Shown: positions 1-13,409 of the stretch, piece by piece
How positions within the stretch are numbered: position 1 is the first letter of the stretch
How the letters are laid out: every line of letters begins with the position of its first letter
Assembly: GCF_009914755.1 (NCBI RefSeq)
Contig: NC_060943.1
Direction: 5' to 3' (one strand)
Length of the DNA: 64,000 nucleotides
Origin: the human T2T-CHM13v2.0 reference genome, Homo sapiens
The notes under the pieces: model-generated
Databases searched by the model: none
The model's input: only the letters and a program-made list of their open reading frames with translations
Told to the model about the DNA's origin: nothing
Made by a program: the position numbers and the translations under genes

Positions 1-959
1 TTGCTTTTACTGACATGATTGGCAAGGTCTTATTTGTGAGTGTGGGACTGAGGAACTAACTAGTGGAGGAGAAACAGCAATAGCAGTCAGTGTTTTAAGA
101 CTGCAGCTGTAACCAGTGTTTTTCTGCTGTTATCCAGTAAGCCGCATGATGGTTGGAAGCAGGCCAGTATAGGGACTGTGCACTTTAGGATTAGATAGAA
201 TCCCTGATAGAAAGACTTGGTTTTAAAACTGGTCTCATCTCTTACCAGTTCCTGGACAGTTGTGTAATATTAAGTAAGTTACTTCATCTCTGAATACAGG
301 TTTCCTCTCCAAATAAAGATTTAAACCGCCTCCATTGAACTCTTTGCAGTTCGTTTTGTCACATGCAGTGTTGGCATATACTCCTGTTGTTATTGCTCAT
401 AGGTTAAAGACAGTTTTGTGTTGCAAAGAATGGATACCATATGACTTTGTAGCCACTGGGTTGTTGGTAAAGACTCCTAAATAGTGGTAAATCAGCTCAT
501 AGTTCTTTTTCTTTACTGTGGACTTACTGCTGTACTTCTATGTAGGTACATACTTTATTATAAATTCTTGAGTGTAAACGAGGTCATTATGTTAAAGAAT
601 TTACTAGTTCAGGTATTTTAAAGTTGAAGCCTAGTAACTATTTTTAAGAAAAATGAAAATAATACAATAAGTTTTTTTTCTTTAGGGGCACTATTTGCAT
701 GTTTTGGCAGGTTTAAAAAATAAACAAAAACTAGTTTTGTTCTTCCATTGTGGTCTTACTTTTGTGGAGGACAACAAAGTAATGAAATGTTTTTGTTTCT
801 TTTGCTGTGTTTTTCAAGTGTTGCTTGTAGAACAAGGCTCGCTGCCTTATGGTTACTTTTAAAATTTAATACTTAAAGTAATTAATCTGAGTCCCCTTTC
901 AGGAGAAATAAGATTATTTAGAATAATTTAACTTAAGGGAAAAATATTTGTTTTTATAA

Positions 960-1306
<347 letters not shown>

Positions 1307-2560
1307 AAAATTTACTAATTTTTTCTTTTGAATAACTTGCTGTGAAATAGAAGACAACTAAAAAAAAAACCCTCTAAATATAATAGAACTGCTTGGGCTT
1401 AAATCTTTTCTGCAAGTAGGTGGACCATAAATCATATAAACAAAGATAACCTAGACATGCCATCAGAAGGCTAGTCTATATATTTTTATATCTACCTCTT
1501 TCATCTTTCCCCTTATTTCTGATTTCCCAAATGTCACTTCTTTAGTTTACATTTGGATAGTGCTTATTTGAAGTCTCTGATATTCTACACACTATATGTA
1601 ACTAATAAAGACTTTAAAATGTAAGGCAGCATTTTGGTAGTGAAAATTTCTCTTGTACATTGTGAAATGGATTTTGTTGTTCGTCTATCTTCCTAGGGAG
1701 ACTGTTTAAGGGAAGTAAAAGGAACAGGGCAAGAATGGCCGGAACGAAGTGGAGGGTAGACTATGGGGAGTGATGGCAAGAACACATGCCATTCTACCAG
1801 TGACTTGTTTCTTAAACATAAAAAGCATATGTGCCAAATTTGCATATTTACTAATTAAAAAGGCTTCCTGGAAACATTAGGTAGACTATCTTCTATAACC
1901 TTTAACACCGTCACTAATGGATATAGCTTAGAAGATTTCCTCGAAGGTCCTTTAAATAATGTAAATGATTATGAATGTGTAACTAGTTAATATGCAGCTA
2001 CGAAAGGATTATCATGTAGAGGTTAATGAACATTCTGCTCTTATGGTTTGCAGGGCTTTGCTTTCTGTGCTTTTGGCTCTCTTCATGCTTGGAAACACAT
2101 GCATTGGGATTGGAAAACATCCTGACTGTTCTTGGGTCTCATCTTTTAATGGGGTTGTTAAATAGGAACTTTATGAAAAGGATTTCATGAGCATTTTTTT
2201 CCTTTTTCAATTTACATTTAATTCTATTTGTCTATTTTGTAATTACTGCCAAATCAGAAACAGTGAAATGGATTGATGTAGTTTTAGCTTGGCTCTTCCA
2301 GATGTAAAGTCAGTACTCTATTATATATTGCCACTGTTATTAAGTGTTGCTATGTGATTGATACTTACTGAGAGATCTTCATTCTAAAATGGACTTTTTA
2401 TGCTGAGTTAATGTGTAGTATGGTTGGGTTTCTGATTATAGCATGTATTTTGGTACAGAATTTCTGTCTTAGTATTTAAAATGTCCCAAAAGAGGACATT
2501 TATTTCAGGAATTAAATGTTACAATAGAGGAATTTAGTGACAGGTCTAAAAAAAATCGTG

Positions 2561-2597
<37 letters not shown>

Positions 2598-3629
2598 GGA
2601 CGGGATGGTGAAACATTGAGCATATACAAGAGACAATATTGGTATTTAGAGCAGTGAACTAGAGCAGCGTTTTGCAAACCAGATAATGCTGCTCTCTTTT
2701 TCTCATGGCCTAGTCTTAAGCATTTTGGCTTTCATCCCCTAGTTTCTCTGTCTCTAAAATGGTATATGGTATTCTAGACTGCTGTTTAAAATTTTTATTA
2801 ATAGGTAATTTAAAAGTAGATAATTAGCAATCCTTGAAAACAGTGTTAATTCTTAAATTGTCATTCAAAAATAGTGTTATTTTTTTAAATTGCATTTTTC
2901 TTTATTGTCTAGTCTTCTTATTTTCTGAGCATTTTGAGAATCTACTGACATATCTCCAAGGAAAACAAATAACTTTTGTACTTAAATTCATTGTTTTAGT
3001 ATTATAAACATAGTTTAAACTGGCTGTGAAGTGCTTACAGTCTTGATCATAATTCACTGGGGAACAAATGAGCTGTTCAGAGCATCTCCTTATCCCAAGT
3101 ATTTCTTCTTGAAAATGTAGTAGAAAAATATCACTGAATTCATTTTTTAATGCGTCAGAATAAAAATTACAGGTGAAAATGTTTGGAGATATACTGACAA
3201 AATAAAATATTGTCACTACCGTCATTTTTTTTAACTGACGAAACGTGGATGTTACATTGGTTTCTTGTTATTTATAACATTTATGTATTCTACAAAATAT
3301 GTAATATTGAAAACAGGTCTGTAGATTGTACAAAATACTAGTTATCTTATATCATATGTCACCTAATAGTTATGAAGCGGGTTTTGTACCAAAGTATGAA
3401 TCAGAAAGCTGTAATTTGTTCTGCAGTTATCAGCCTGCATTAGAGGGTTATGATAAAGTGTGCTGCTTAAAAACTAACGTTCACATCTCTGTGCATTTGA
3501 CAAATAAAAATGTATACTGAGATGCTATTAAATCTGTAAAGCCAATGTTCTAGTTTTCAGATACACTGATTTTTGTAGCTCTGTGCATAGCTCTGTTTTT
3601 TCATGAGTAGTTATCTGTTTTCATGACAG

Positions 3630-3664
3630 GTGGTCACTAACTGCCAAGAGAGAATCCAGCATTG
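3630..3664 (+). CDS. URI1: URI1 coding exon 2 (35 nt; VVTNCQERIQH + TG of Trp)
   Basis: Acceptor ttttcatgacag|GTG and donor TG|gtgagt. Translation matches the N-terminal prefoldin region of URI1 as I recall it. Phase joins exon 3 (TG+G = W). Confidence 0.93.
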
Positions 3665-6498
3665 GTGAGTGAAAGATGGTTTTATTACACTTCTGAAATA
3701 CTGATGGGGTAACCTACTTGTGTTCAAATAATGTGTTTACTGTTTGCGTGTGTGTGTATGTATGACTAGTAATTGAATTCTTCTAGTAGTCTCCATTTTG
3801 AATGCCTTTAATACTAATTTATATTGTCTTTGACCCTTTTCTGAATTACACATTTCTGATTTCCTGACGTTGTGTTACCACTTGTATTTATTCTAAGTGC
3901 CTTTTCTTTTCTAAGAATAATATTAATATCATTATGAATTGGAGACTGAGACATTTTTGAATGTGACTTAGCTCTATTTTGGGGATATTTCTTACATTTT
4001 AGTAGAAAAATAATGGGAATCAGTTACTTTAAAATAATGATGGAAATAGGGCACAGAAATGTTTTCCCAAAGTTTGAAAAAAAAATCTAATTTTCTACTT
4101 TTCAGAGCTTGTTTTATTGACTGTACTTTTTTTTTTTTTAAGAGAGAGCATATCTATTTTAATGTGCTAATCTATAGTTAATAGGACCATGTTTGGTAAA
4201 TAACACACTTTCCTTTGGCTTCTGAGGAAAATGCTCGATTTAATGGTGAATAAAATCTTATATTATGAGTTGTCATGAAGTATAGCTGTTGATCTTACAG
4301 ATATCAAATTACAATATATCCATGCTGTGCTTACGAAGGTTTTACTGAGAGAACAACAGGAGCTGTCTTGATTATTGTCTGCAGGGTTATTGCAAAAATC
4401 ATGGTAACTGCCCCTTTAGTGGTGAGATTAAACCTTCGGTTATACACCATCAAGCATATAATATTTTAAATTTATTTTAAGAGGCTTTTTCTTCATGCCT
4501 GAGAGATCTCCAAGGAAATAATTTATAGTTAGTGTATATCAAATGTTTTTTGGTTTAAATGCACATAGGCTGCAGGCAGTGGATAAGAGTGAAAATTGGT
4601 GCAATCTGTACACATCATCTTATTAAATTTTGACTATTGGCTTGCAGAAAATAATCTAAAACTAATAATATCCACTTTATAAGTAAAAATTCAGGACTTC
4701 ATTAATTTTCAATAAATGCATCGTTGTAGTTGCTTCCACTGGTGGTGTAAGTGTGTTAGCATTTCCATAATGGACCATTCGCCTTTCATTATACATTCAG
4801 TTCAGGTTAAAACTTGAAATACAAGTCGTTGGCCAAAGAATTTTTTCCCCTGCACATTTAGTCAGAGTGGCCCATTTTACAAATAATTTCCAGAGGAAGT
4901 TTATTAACGTGGACTTCTGTCTATTGGTTTTGGTAAGAAGTTCAGGAAATTAGAAAGGTATTCACTGGAAATAGATGCTAGTTTACATAAATGGGTGAAT
5001 GGTAACTTGCTTCTGGTTTGTTTTATAAGATTCTTATTAGAGTTCTTTAAGGATAAGGGCACGTTTTCATCCTTTTATTCACAGCCCCTACTGCTATGTT
5101 TGGCACAAAATAGGCACTTGATAAATGTTTGAGTAAATGACCAAATATGTGGTTATTTTCTATATAACATTTTAGTTTACAAATACTCTAGTAGTGCACA
5201 AGTCTAGTGAGCAGTGACAGAAATGTGACATTTACTTCATGGCAGGTTCATGTGACCCTCAATTTCACTTTTCAGTTTTGTAAAACCCTCTAAACTGTAG
5301 AAGCTTAGCATATTTGCCTACACATATCTTGAAGTAATATAGTACTTTATACATTTAAAAAATTATTTTTTTCCAGTTAAAATTTGCATTTTCCTCTGAA
5401 TCATTTCTGGTTTGGTTCAGGAAACAGACTTTTCTCTTTGCTTTTAATGAAGATCTATACATGGTATATTGCTCAAATCTGAATGGCCAGTAAATTAATC
5501 AATTCATTATATCAAAAAATTGAAACCAAAGTGTCACCATTTCCCTGAAAGCAAGGAAATTGCTGTTTGGGAGAGTCGTGGAATTCTTGTGATATTTTTG
5601 CATTCTCTTAATTCCTCAAACAATAGTTGAGTTTCTACCATATGCCAGTATTGTGCTGCTGTTTGGAATTGAAAGACCCTGCCATAGAAGAATTCATAGC
5701 CAGACATATAACAGGGAAATCACGATAATTTTGTGCTATTTGCGGAGATATGAAGCAACTACAGGAGTTCAGAGGCTGGAGCCGTTCTTAGGGTGTCTCA
5801 CACACTACTTTTAAAAGCATGTTGCTTTAATTCCTACTTAACCCTTGGTATTAGCCTAGTCTAAAATATAATTTCTGTTAAGCCCCTATTCTTTATGAGT
5901 ACTCACCAGTATAGTAAAGAAGAACAAAATATATGGTTTGAAAAATGCATTCTTATGCTGGTGATGTTTATGCTTGTTTGTATAATTTTTAAGGGATTCT
6001 TTAAGGAACAAGTATATGTATTCTAGGCTCAGAAATAATCTAAATTGGTTTTTGTTTAAAAAAAAATGTAGGACAGGGAGTAAAAATATTTATAGAAAAA
6101 TAGGAGTGAAAATGGTCTGGGACCACAGGATCTACCCAAAAAAATCTTTGAGAAAATTAATTTAAATCCTAGAACTTTGGTGAACGAAGAAATTTATAAT
6201 ATTTGTTTAGTTAATAACAGATAAAAAGGAAAGATTCAAGCCTATTGGATGAGAATTTGTACATTATTTTAGAGCTAATAATAATGGTTTTCAGTTTAGT
6301 GAGGATTTAAAAAATGTTTTTGAATCAAACTTTTTTTCTTTATAATCCTTTTTAACTAACTCAGGAAATAAGGTATTATGAAATCCACACACTGTTACCT
6401 CCTTAAAGTATGAGGATACTTCCCACTGTTTGGTCCACTAGTGGCTGATTATTTTGTTTGTGGATTATTTGTAATTTTCTTTTTAATTCTTCCTTAAA

Positions 6499-6695
6499 GA
6501 GCATGGCATTTGGAGTCACAGACCTATATTTGAATCCTGTCATTTACTAGCGTTTTGACCTTGAACAATTATGCTCAGAGTCTCAGTTTTTTCTTGTAAA
6601 GTGATGATGATACTACTTAACTCACAGGGTTGTAGTGAAGATCAAATGAGATCATGTCTGTAGAACACCCTGCCCGGCACTCAATAAGTATTAAT
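6499..6695 (+). mobile_element. MIR SINE (degenerate)
   Basis: MIR core-like motifs: ggagtcacagacct...tgaatcct, ctcagttttttcttgtaaa, tcacagggttgtagtgaagatcaaatgaga. Confidence 0.7.
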
Positions 6696-7021
6696 AGGAA
6701 CCCATATACCTCTTTTGAAAATTTTAATTGTCAGACAAATAAAAAAAAAAGCCAGTGCTTTGTAAATATTCGTGAATATTTAGTGTTCATTCTGTTTTTT
6801 TGTCATGATGGAGAGAGAGTTGGGTTTCTGTGAATTACTGTTACAGCTTTACATTAATATTTTTAAATCACTTTTTGGTATGAAGAATTTCAAATGAAAG
6901 GTGATAGAGTAGTATAGTGAATCCTCATGTACTCATCAGTCGGCTTTGATAATCATCAACTCATGATTTTCTCTAAACTGTTCATTTCAACATCTTATCT
7001 TGCCATCTACTCCTACCTCCA

Positions 7022-7700
7022 ATTTTTTTTTAACTTTTATTTTAGATTTGGGAGGTACATGTAGAGGTTTGTTGCAAAGGTGCATTGCATGATGCTGAGA
7101 TTTGAGGTACAATTGAACCCATCACCCAGATAGCATAGTACCCAGTAGGCAGTTATTCAGCCCTTGCCCCTGCCCTTTCTCACCGCTCTTGTATTCCCCA
7201 GTGTTTATTTGTTCCCATCTTTATGTCCATGTGTCCCCAGTGGTTAGCTCCCACTTATAAGTGAGAATATACAGTATTTGGTTTTCTGTTTCTGCATTAG
7301 TTCGCTTAGGATAGTGGCCTCCTGCTGCATCCATGTTACTGCAAATATTTCTTCTTTTTTATGGGTGTGTAGTAGTCCATAGTATATATGTATCACATTT
7401 TTGTTATCCAGTTCACTGTTGATGGGCACTTGGATTGATTCCATGGCTTTGCTATTGTGATCATTGTGGTAGTGAACATACAGGTGCATGTATCTTTTTG
7501 GCAGAATGCTTTTTTTTTTTGGGTGGTCTGTATTCAGTAATGGATTGCTGGGTTGAATGGTTGTTCAGTTTAGTTCTTTGAGAAATCTCCAAACTGCTGT
7601 CCACAGTGGCTGGACATTCCCACTAACAGTGTAAAAGCATTCCTTTTCTTTGCAGTCCTGCCAACATCTGTTCTTTTTTGACTTTTTAATAAAAACTATT
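7022..7700 (-). mobile_element. L1 3' end fragment (older L1PA/L1PB type)
   Basis: Poly-T followed by the L1 3'UTR and ORF2 end (ttagctcccacttataagtgagaa). Minus ORF 7244..7489 ends in L1 ORF2-like FSLISGS. Confidence 0.85.
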
Positions 7701-7907
7701 TTGCCTATCCCATCTCCAGTTTTGAAATGAATCTAAGCCGTATCATTCCATCTGGAAATATTTCAGTATATATCTTTAAGAGACAAGAAAGACTATATAT
7801 TAACTTTTTAAGATTTAAATAAAAAATATTTACTGAGACAATACATTTACATGTTTCAAAATTTAGGAGGTATGAAAGGATGTAAATGATGTATAGGTTC
7901 CTCCTAA

Positions 7908-8241
<334 letters not shown>

Positions 8242-8619
8242 CCTCAGTTCTGTTTTCTGGAAACAGCAGTTTTTTACCAATTTCTCATAAATCTTTTCAG
8301 AAATGGTTTGCATAATGTAAGTGTTTGTGTATGTATGTGTGTGTGTTGTGTGTGTGTATTCATCTACATGTTTATATACGGCTCCCATCCTTTTGGACAA
8401 AAATGAAATCAGATTGTACCTGTTCATTTAATACTATACCTACCCTGTATCATTAACTAACAGTTCCTCTTTACCTCATTCCATACATTTTGCTGTATGT
8501 CAGACATTTAACTTTTAGGATTACTAAATGAGACCTGGAACTATTTTTTTTTAAATAAATAATTGCTACATGACTGAGAGTATAGCTCTGAACTCAAAAT
8601 ATATCCTTGCTAAGATGAT

Positions 8620-9050
8620 ATATCTGTTATTTTACTGCTCCTTAGTAAAATTACTGCAAAACTTAGTGGCTTGAAACAACCACCATTTACTTGCACATGA
8701 TTCAGTGGGTGTGCATATTAAGCTGGGCTCACCTGTGTGGTTCTTCTGCTAGTCTTGTGTGGGCTCACTGCTTTGGTTGCAGCCAGTTGGTGGCTGGGTC
8801 AGCTTTGTTGTCCAGAATGACCTCACCCTCAAGTCTGGTGGTTAGTGCTGTTGGTTGAGCCTCTGCCTCCATGTGCTCTTTTGTCCAGCTTACTTTCTAT
8901 GGGCATCTCAGCAGCAAGAATGGAAGCTGCAAGGCCACGTTATGTTGGTCAAAGGAAGGGCCAGCGCAGATTCACAAGGTGGGAAGATAACACCCACCTG
9001 TTGAGAGGAGGCGTGAAAAAGAATTAATGGTCATTTTTAATGCACTGCAA
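8620..9050. mobile_element. Degenerate MaLR (MLT1-like) solo LTR
   Basis: aaaacttagtggcttgaaacaac...gctgggctca motifs typical of MLT1 LTRs; recognised by eye, boundaries approximate. Confidence 0.55.
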
Positions 9051-12000
9051 TGACTTTATTGAATAGGTCCTACACACACAAAAAGGAAGTCTCCGTCCTT
9101 TATGTTGACTGGTGAGAATGAAATGAAATAGTACATGTGATGCCTGGCAGTTCATCTTTATGTTAGGCATTACTTACAATCGTAAATCGTATGCATGTGA
9201 GTTGTAAAAAATTTATTGCCTTGCTTCCTTTATTTTAAAAGGATTTTTGGTAAAGGTATCTTTGAAATTACATGAAACAGACTTAAATATAGAAGAAGAT
9301 ACTTTGTTCAGGTGTTTAATTTTGGAAAGAATACTTTAAATTTAGACATAAAAGTTCTAAAACACTTTGGCATGTGAGTTTTGAGAGAGTCTAAAGCAAA
9401 TACTCAACATTTTTTTATTTTTCAAAGGAAACTGGACAAAAATAATTGTTCAGAGGAAAAGAGTAACTAGCTTCCATTAGAATTTATAGTTAAAGTATAT
9501 AGTAGGAAATAACCAAGAAAGCATACCTGTATAGCTAAAAATCTCAGGTGAAGATTTGATTTTCTCTCTCTCTTTTTTTTTTTTCCTGTTGGAGCTACTC
9601 TTTCCTATCAGTCGGGATGGAGATACCTGCTTTATGCACACATTGTATATCTGTCTATATGTCTCATGTTTTTGAGGCATTCCTTGTGCACAGAAGCACT
9701 GAACTATATCATTGTAACAATGCCATGGTTTACAGTATATTTCATATGAATACCTGAAACTGTTTTCTTGAGTTGCCTTCACATGCTATATAAAATTTAT
9801 TTTATTATGTATAATATGTGAAATATTGATCTGCATACCTTTAAAACTTGTAAAAGCCAATGACTTTTTTCTACAGTGTTAGGTAGATTTGTAAACTGTG
9901 TTTTTCAGAGTCTGTATTTTACTGACTACAAAGTTTTCAGTCACTGTTTTGTAGAGGGCCTTCTGTTTGGGCTTTTTCTTTATGTTATTTTTTCTTTTTT
10001 TTTTTTTTTTTCCCTCCTCTTGAGTGGAGCAGAGAGCAACTGCCAAACTTTCTGGAAATTTTGCATGTTTTTGTTGTTGGAGTTTCTGTAGTTGTTTATG
10101 AAAGTCTTAGGGATAAGGGGGAAGAATCATATATGTCAAATCTTGTCATTAAGTTTCTGCACAGTTTTAAAAAATGGTGTGAGTTAGTACATGCGCTAGT
10201 GATTAAGTGAGTTTGGAACTCGTGTGTAATGTTTCAAAGCAAATTAAGAGGCAAAAAAAAAGATTCAAGTTGAATGTTTAAAGAATTTTTTTTAAATCTG
10301 AGTTAGGTTTTTAAATGTTTATTCTGAATATAAAATGAATGCATGCTTAGTTATGGAAAAGTTGAAATAAGAAAGGAATAAAGATAAATTTACTCATAAT
10401 TGTAAAGAGAAGCTAATTCTCTCCCTGTTTTTAAAACATTCCCTTTTATTCCCTCTAGCTTCTTAATTCTGTATGTGTATTTATGTGACTAAGGTCAAAC
10501 TGTAAATGCATTTTTCTTTTCCTTCTCTTTTTAAAGAGTTAAATGATTTTTAACTTGTAATTAGAATTTATTACTTGTAGGAGTCCTCAAGCTTTTATAT
10601 CATGTTTTTGGAAGCAACCAGCTAGTTTAACGCACTTCTGAAAATGAAAGGAAAACTTACATGTTATAGGAGAGTTTTTTTCCCCTGAAGAGTTTTAAAC
10701 TATTATTAAAAAAAATCCCTAATCACATTTCATCACCTAGAATAGTCCTTGATGACGACGTGTTTCCAGTGTCAATATGGTTTGGTTCAGTTTCCCATGA
10801 CCAGCTCAAGTCCAGTATCTGACTGAGGCAAAGGGCTTAGGGCTTACTGCTTTGGGCACACCTCATGATTTTTTATCTTTGTCTCAACTGTATTAGGTTT
10901 GAAAACTGTACTTCTTTGTACTTTTTTTTCATTTTCCATTTTTTTTTATGAAGAGTAACATCCAATAAAACTCTTAAGCACAGAGTCCTGTTTGAGGATG
11001 AAGATGTGAATATTGCAACAACCACAGTGCTTGTCTGAGAAGTGCATCACTTGGTGATAATCCTGAGTGCTTGTTCTTATTTTGAGAAATATAAGTCCAG
11101 ATTCCACTATACCAAAGACAGATTGGGGTGGGTATCAGTGTAAGACCTGAGAGAAATGTAGGCTGTGAAAAATGGAGGCATGCCTATAATTTACTTTTTA
11201 CTAATTCATATTGAACTCATGATCAAATTGGTGAGGGTTTTCACATTTTTCTTTTATTTTTAAGTCAGTTGATAATTTTGAGGTTTTTAAATATTTGGTA
11301 GGTTCAAAACCAGGATTGCCATTTTTCACTGTTGTAAAACCTCTTGAGAAACTTTAACCCGGAGGTATCTATGATTGGGCCTCTGCTGAAACTATATGTA
11401 AAATATGAGTTCTTTTCTCAGGGAAGAGCCTAGAGTTTTTCTAGTTTCTCATAGGGATCAGTGACCTAAAAGGGTTTTTTAATTGCTACTGTAATTAAGA
11501 AAACCCACAAAATTACTTTTTTCTAAAATATGCTTTCGAAAGAAAATATAGAAAGTGTAAAGTAGCAAAACCTATGAATTACGGTAAGATTTAAGTAGAA
11601 ATTTGCACAAACTTTCAAAGCTTAAGTCAGCTATAAACTCATCACACCTTTTCTAAAAGGTCCTTTCCTTTGATTTGTAATAGGAATTTATATTAGTTAT
11701 AGAAAATTTGGAAAATAAAAAGAACAAAAATTACATATAAACTCATCAGTAAAAATTAACTAGGCACTTTAGGATATTTCTTTCAAACTTAGATGAATGT
11801 GTTTTTACATAATTTTAAAGGTTTTTTGCTTTGAATTCACATCTCATTTTCTTAGAGCAAAAGATTAGTAATGAGTGAAGAAACAGGCACCTGTGATAAC
11901 TGACAAGTCTTCAAACACATGTGTATGGTTGTTGTAGAGAGAACAGTAGAACAGATTTTTCTGTCCAGGCTTACTATATATATATATCCATTGCACTGTT

Positions 12001-13049
12001 TTCTCATTGTTGAAAAGTTAAATTGAAGAAATCTAGTAGAATGTTAGCTGCATCTCTCTTTAGATAATTTTGTTTCATTGACTTGAAAAATTATGTTTTT
12101 ATATGTGGGTTAATCTTGGTATCTATGTCTAATAGTAAAGTTTTCTGATGGACTCATAAAATATAAAGAACATAGATTATTTCATCAGCATCTTCTGATG
12201 ACATAAATTCCTTGGTATAATAGAGTTATAAAAAAGGAATATACCACCATTCTGCCTGAATTTTGTGGTACATTTCAGTTACTTATATCAATTGAAATTA
12301 CTGAATATTTTGCCATGACCATTTAGAAAAAAAGTGTAATGCTATTGATTTAATTCAAGTACATTTAAATTTTCCATGAGGAGTGTTCCTTTTCCCACCA
12401 AATTGCATAAAGCATAACAGTATAGATCCCTTTTTCAAGAATTTTTAAATAAAATGTAACTTTTATCAATTTGTTTAGATTGTTTAAAAGGATACTTTGA
12501 AAAAAATCATTATTTCTTGCTTTAGTAACTGGAGGACATCTCTTTATCTATATAGAATCCATGCCCAAACTTAATATTCCTCTATTTTCTTGATTTTAGA
12601 GGTGAAAAGCCAGGCATCCTTCAAGCTAGTGGATCTTTGACAAAGATGCATTGCAAAACAATCAACAAACAATCAGAAAGGCATGCTATGTGTGAGTGAT
12701 GATCCCTGCAGCATATGCCATAGGCTTGTTGTAGAGGAGCTGCTCAGTAAATGGTGGATTCAATTGAAACAAGTCTTTTTTGGATGCTTAATGGGAAGTT
12801 GTAGGGTGGGTATGATGGACTAAAAATTATTTCTAAAGAAGGTTATATATTGTATATATTCCAGAATCTTCCGTTTTTATCGTTTCTTAAATTAAAAAAT
12901 AAAAATTTAACTCTGTCCCAGGTTAACTCAGATGTTAACACGTATATAGAAATTTTTTTCCTCTTTCCCCGTTAGGCATCTCACAGTATTTTCTGCTTGT
13001 CTGTTTAGGATGTTAGGTAGAGGAAAAGAGAGTGATAGAAGATTTTTTT

Positions 13050-13085
<36 letters not shown>

Positions 13086-13086
13086 G

Positions 13087-13409
<323 letters not shown>

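Noticed and set aside
1697-1755. Purine-rich segment after cttcctag as a cryptic exon in intron 1
   Set aside because: The only nearby donor (gtagac) is poor and there is no frame support.
2566-2593. Isolated poly-T run as an orphan retrotransposon tail
   Set aside because: No TSD or element body is visible; a simple mononucleotide expansion explains it.
13054-13083. 30-nt poly-A directly 5' of an Alu as a separate insertion
   Set aside because: It sits at a TT/AAAA endonuclease-type site and is best explained as an expanded A-rich target site.
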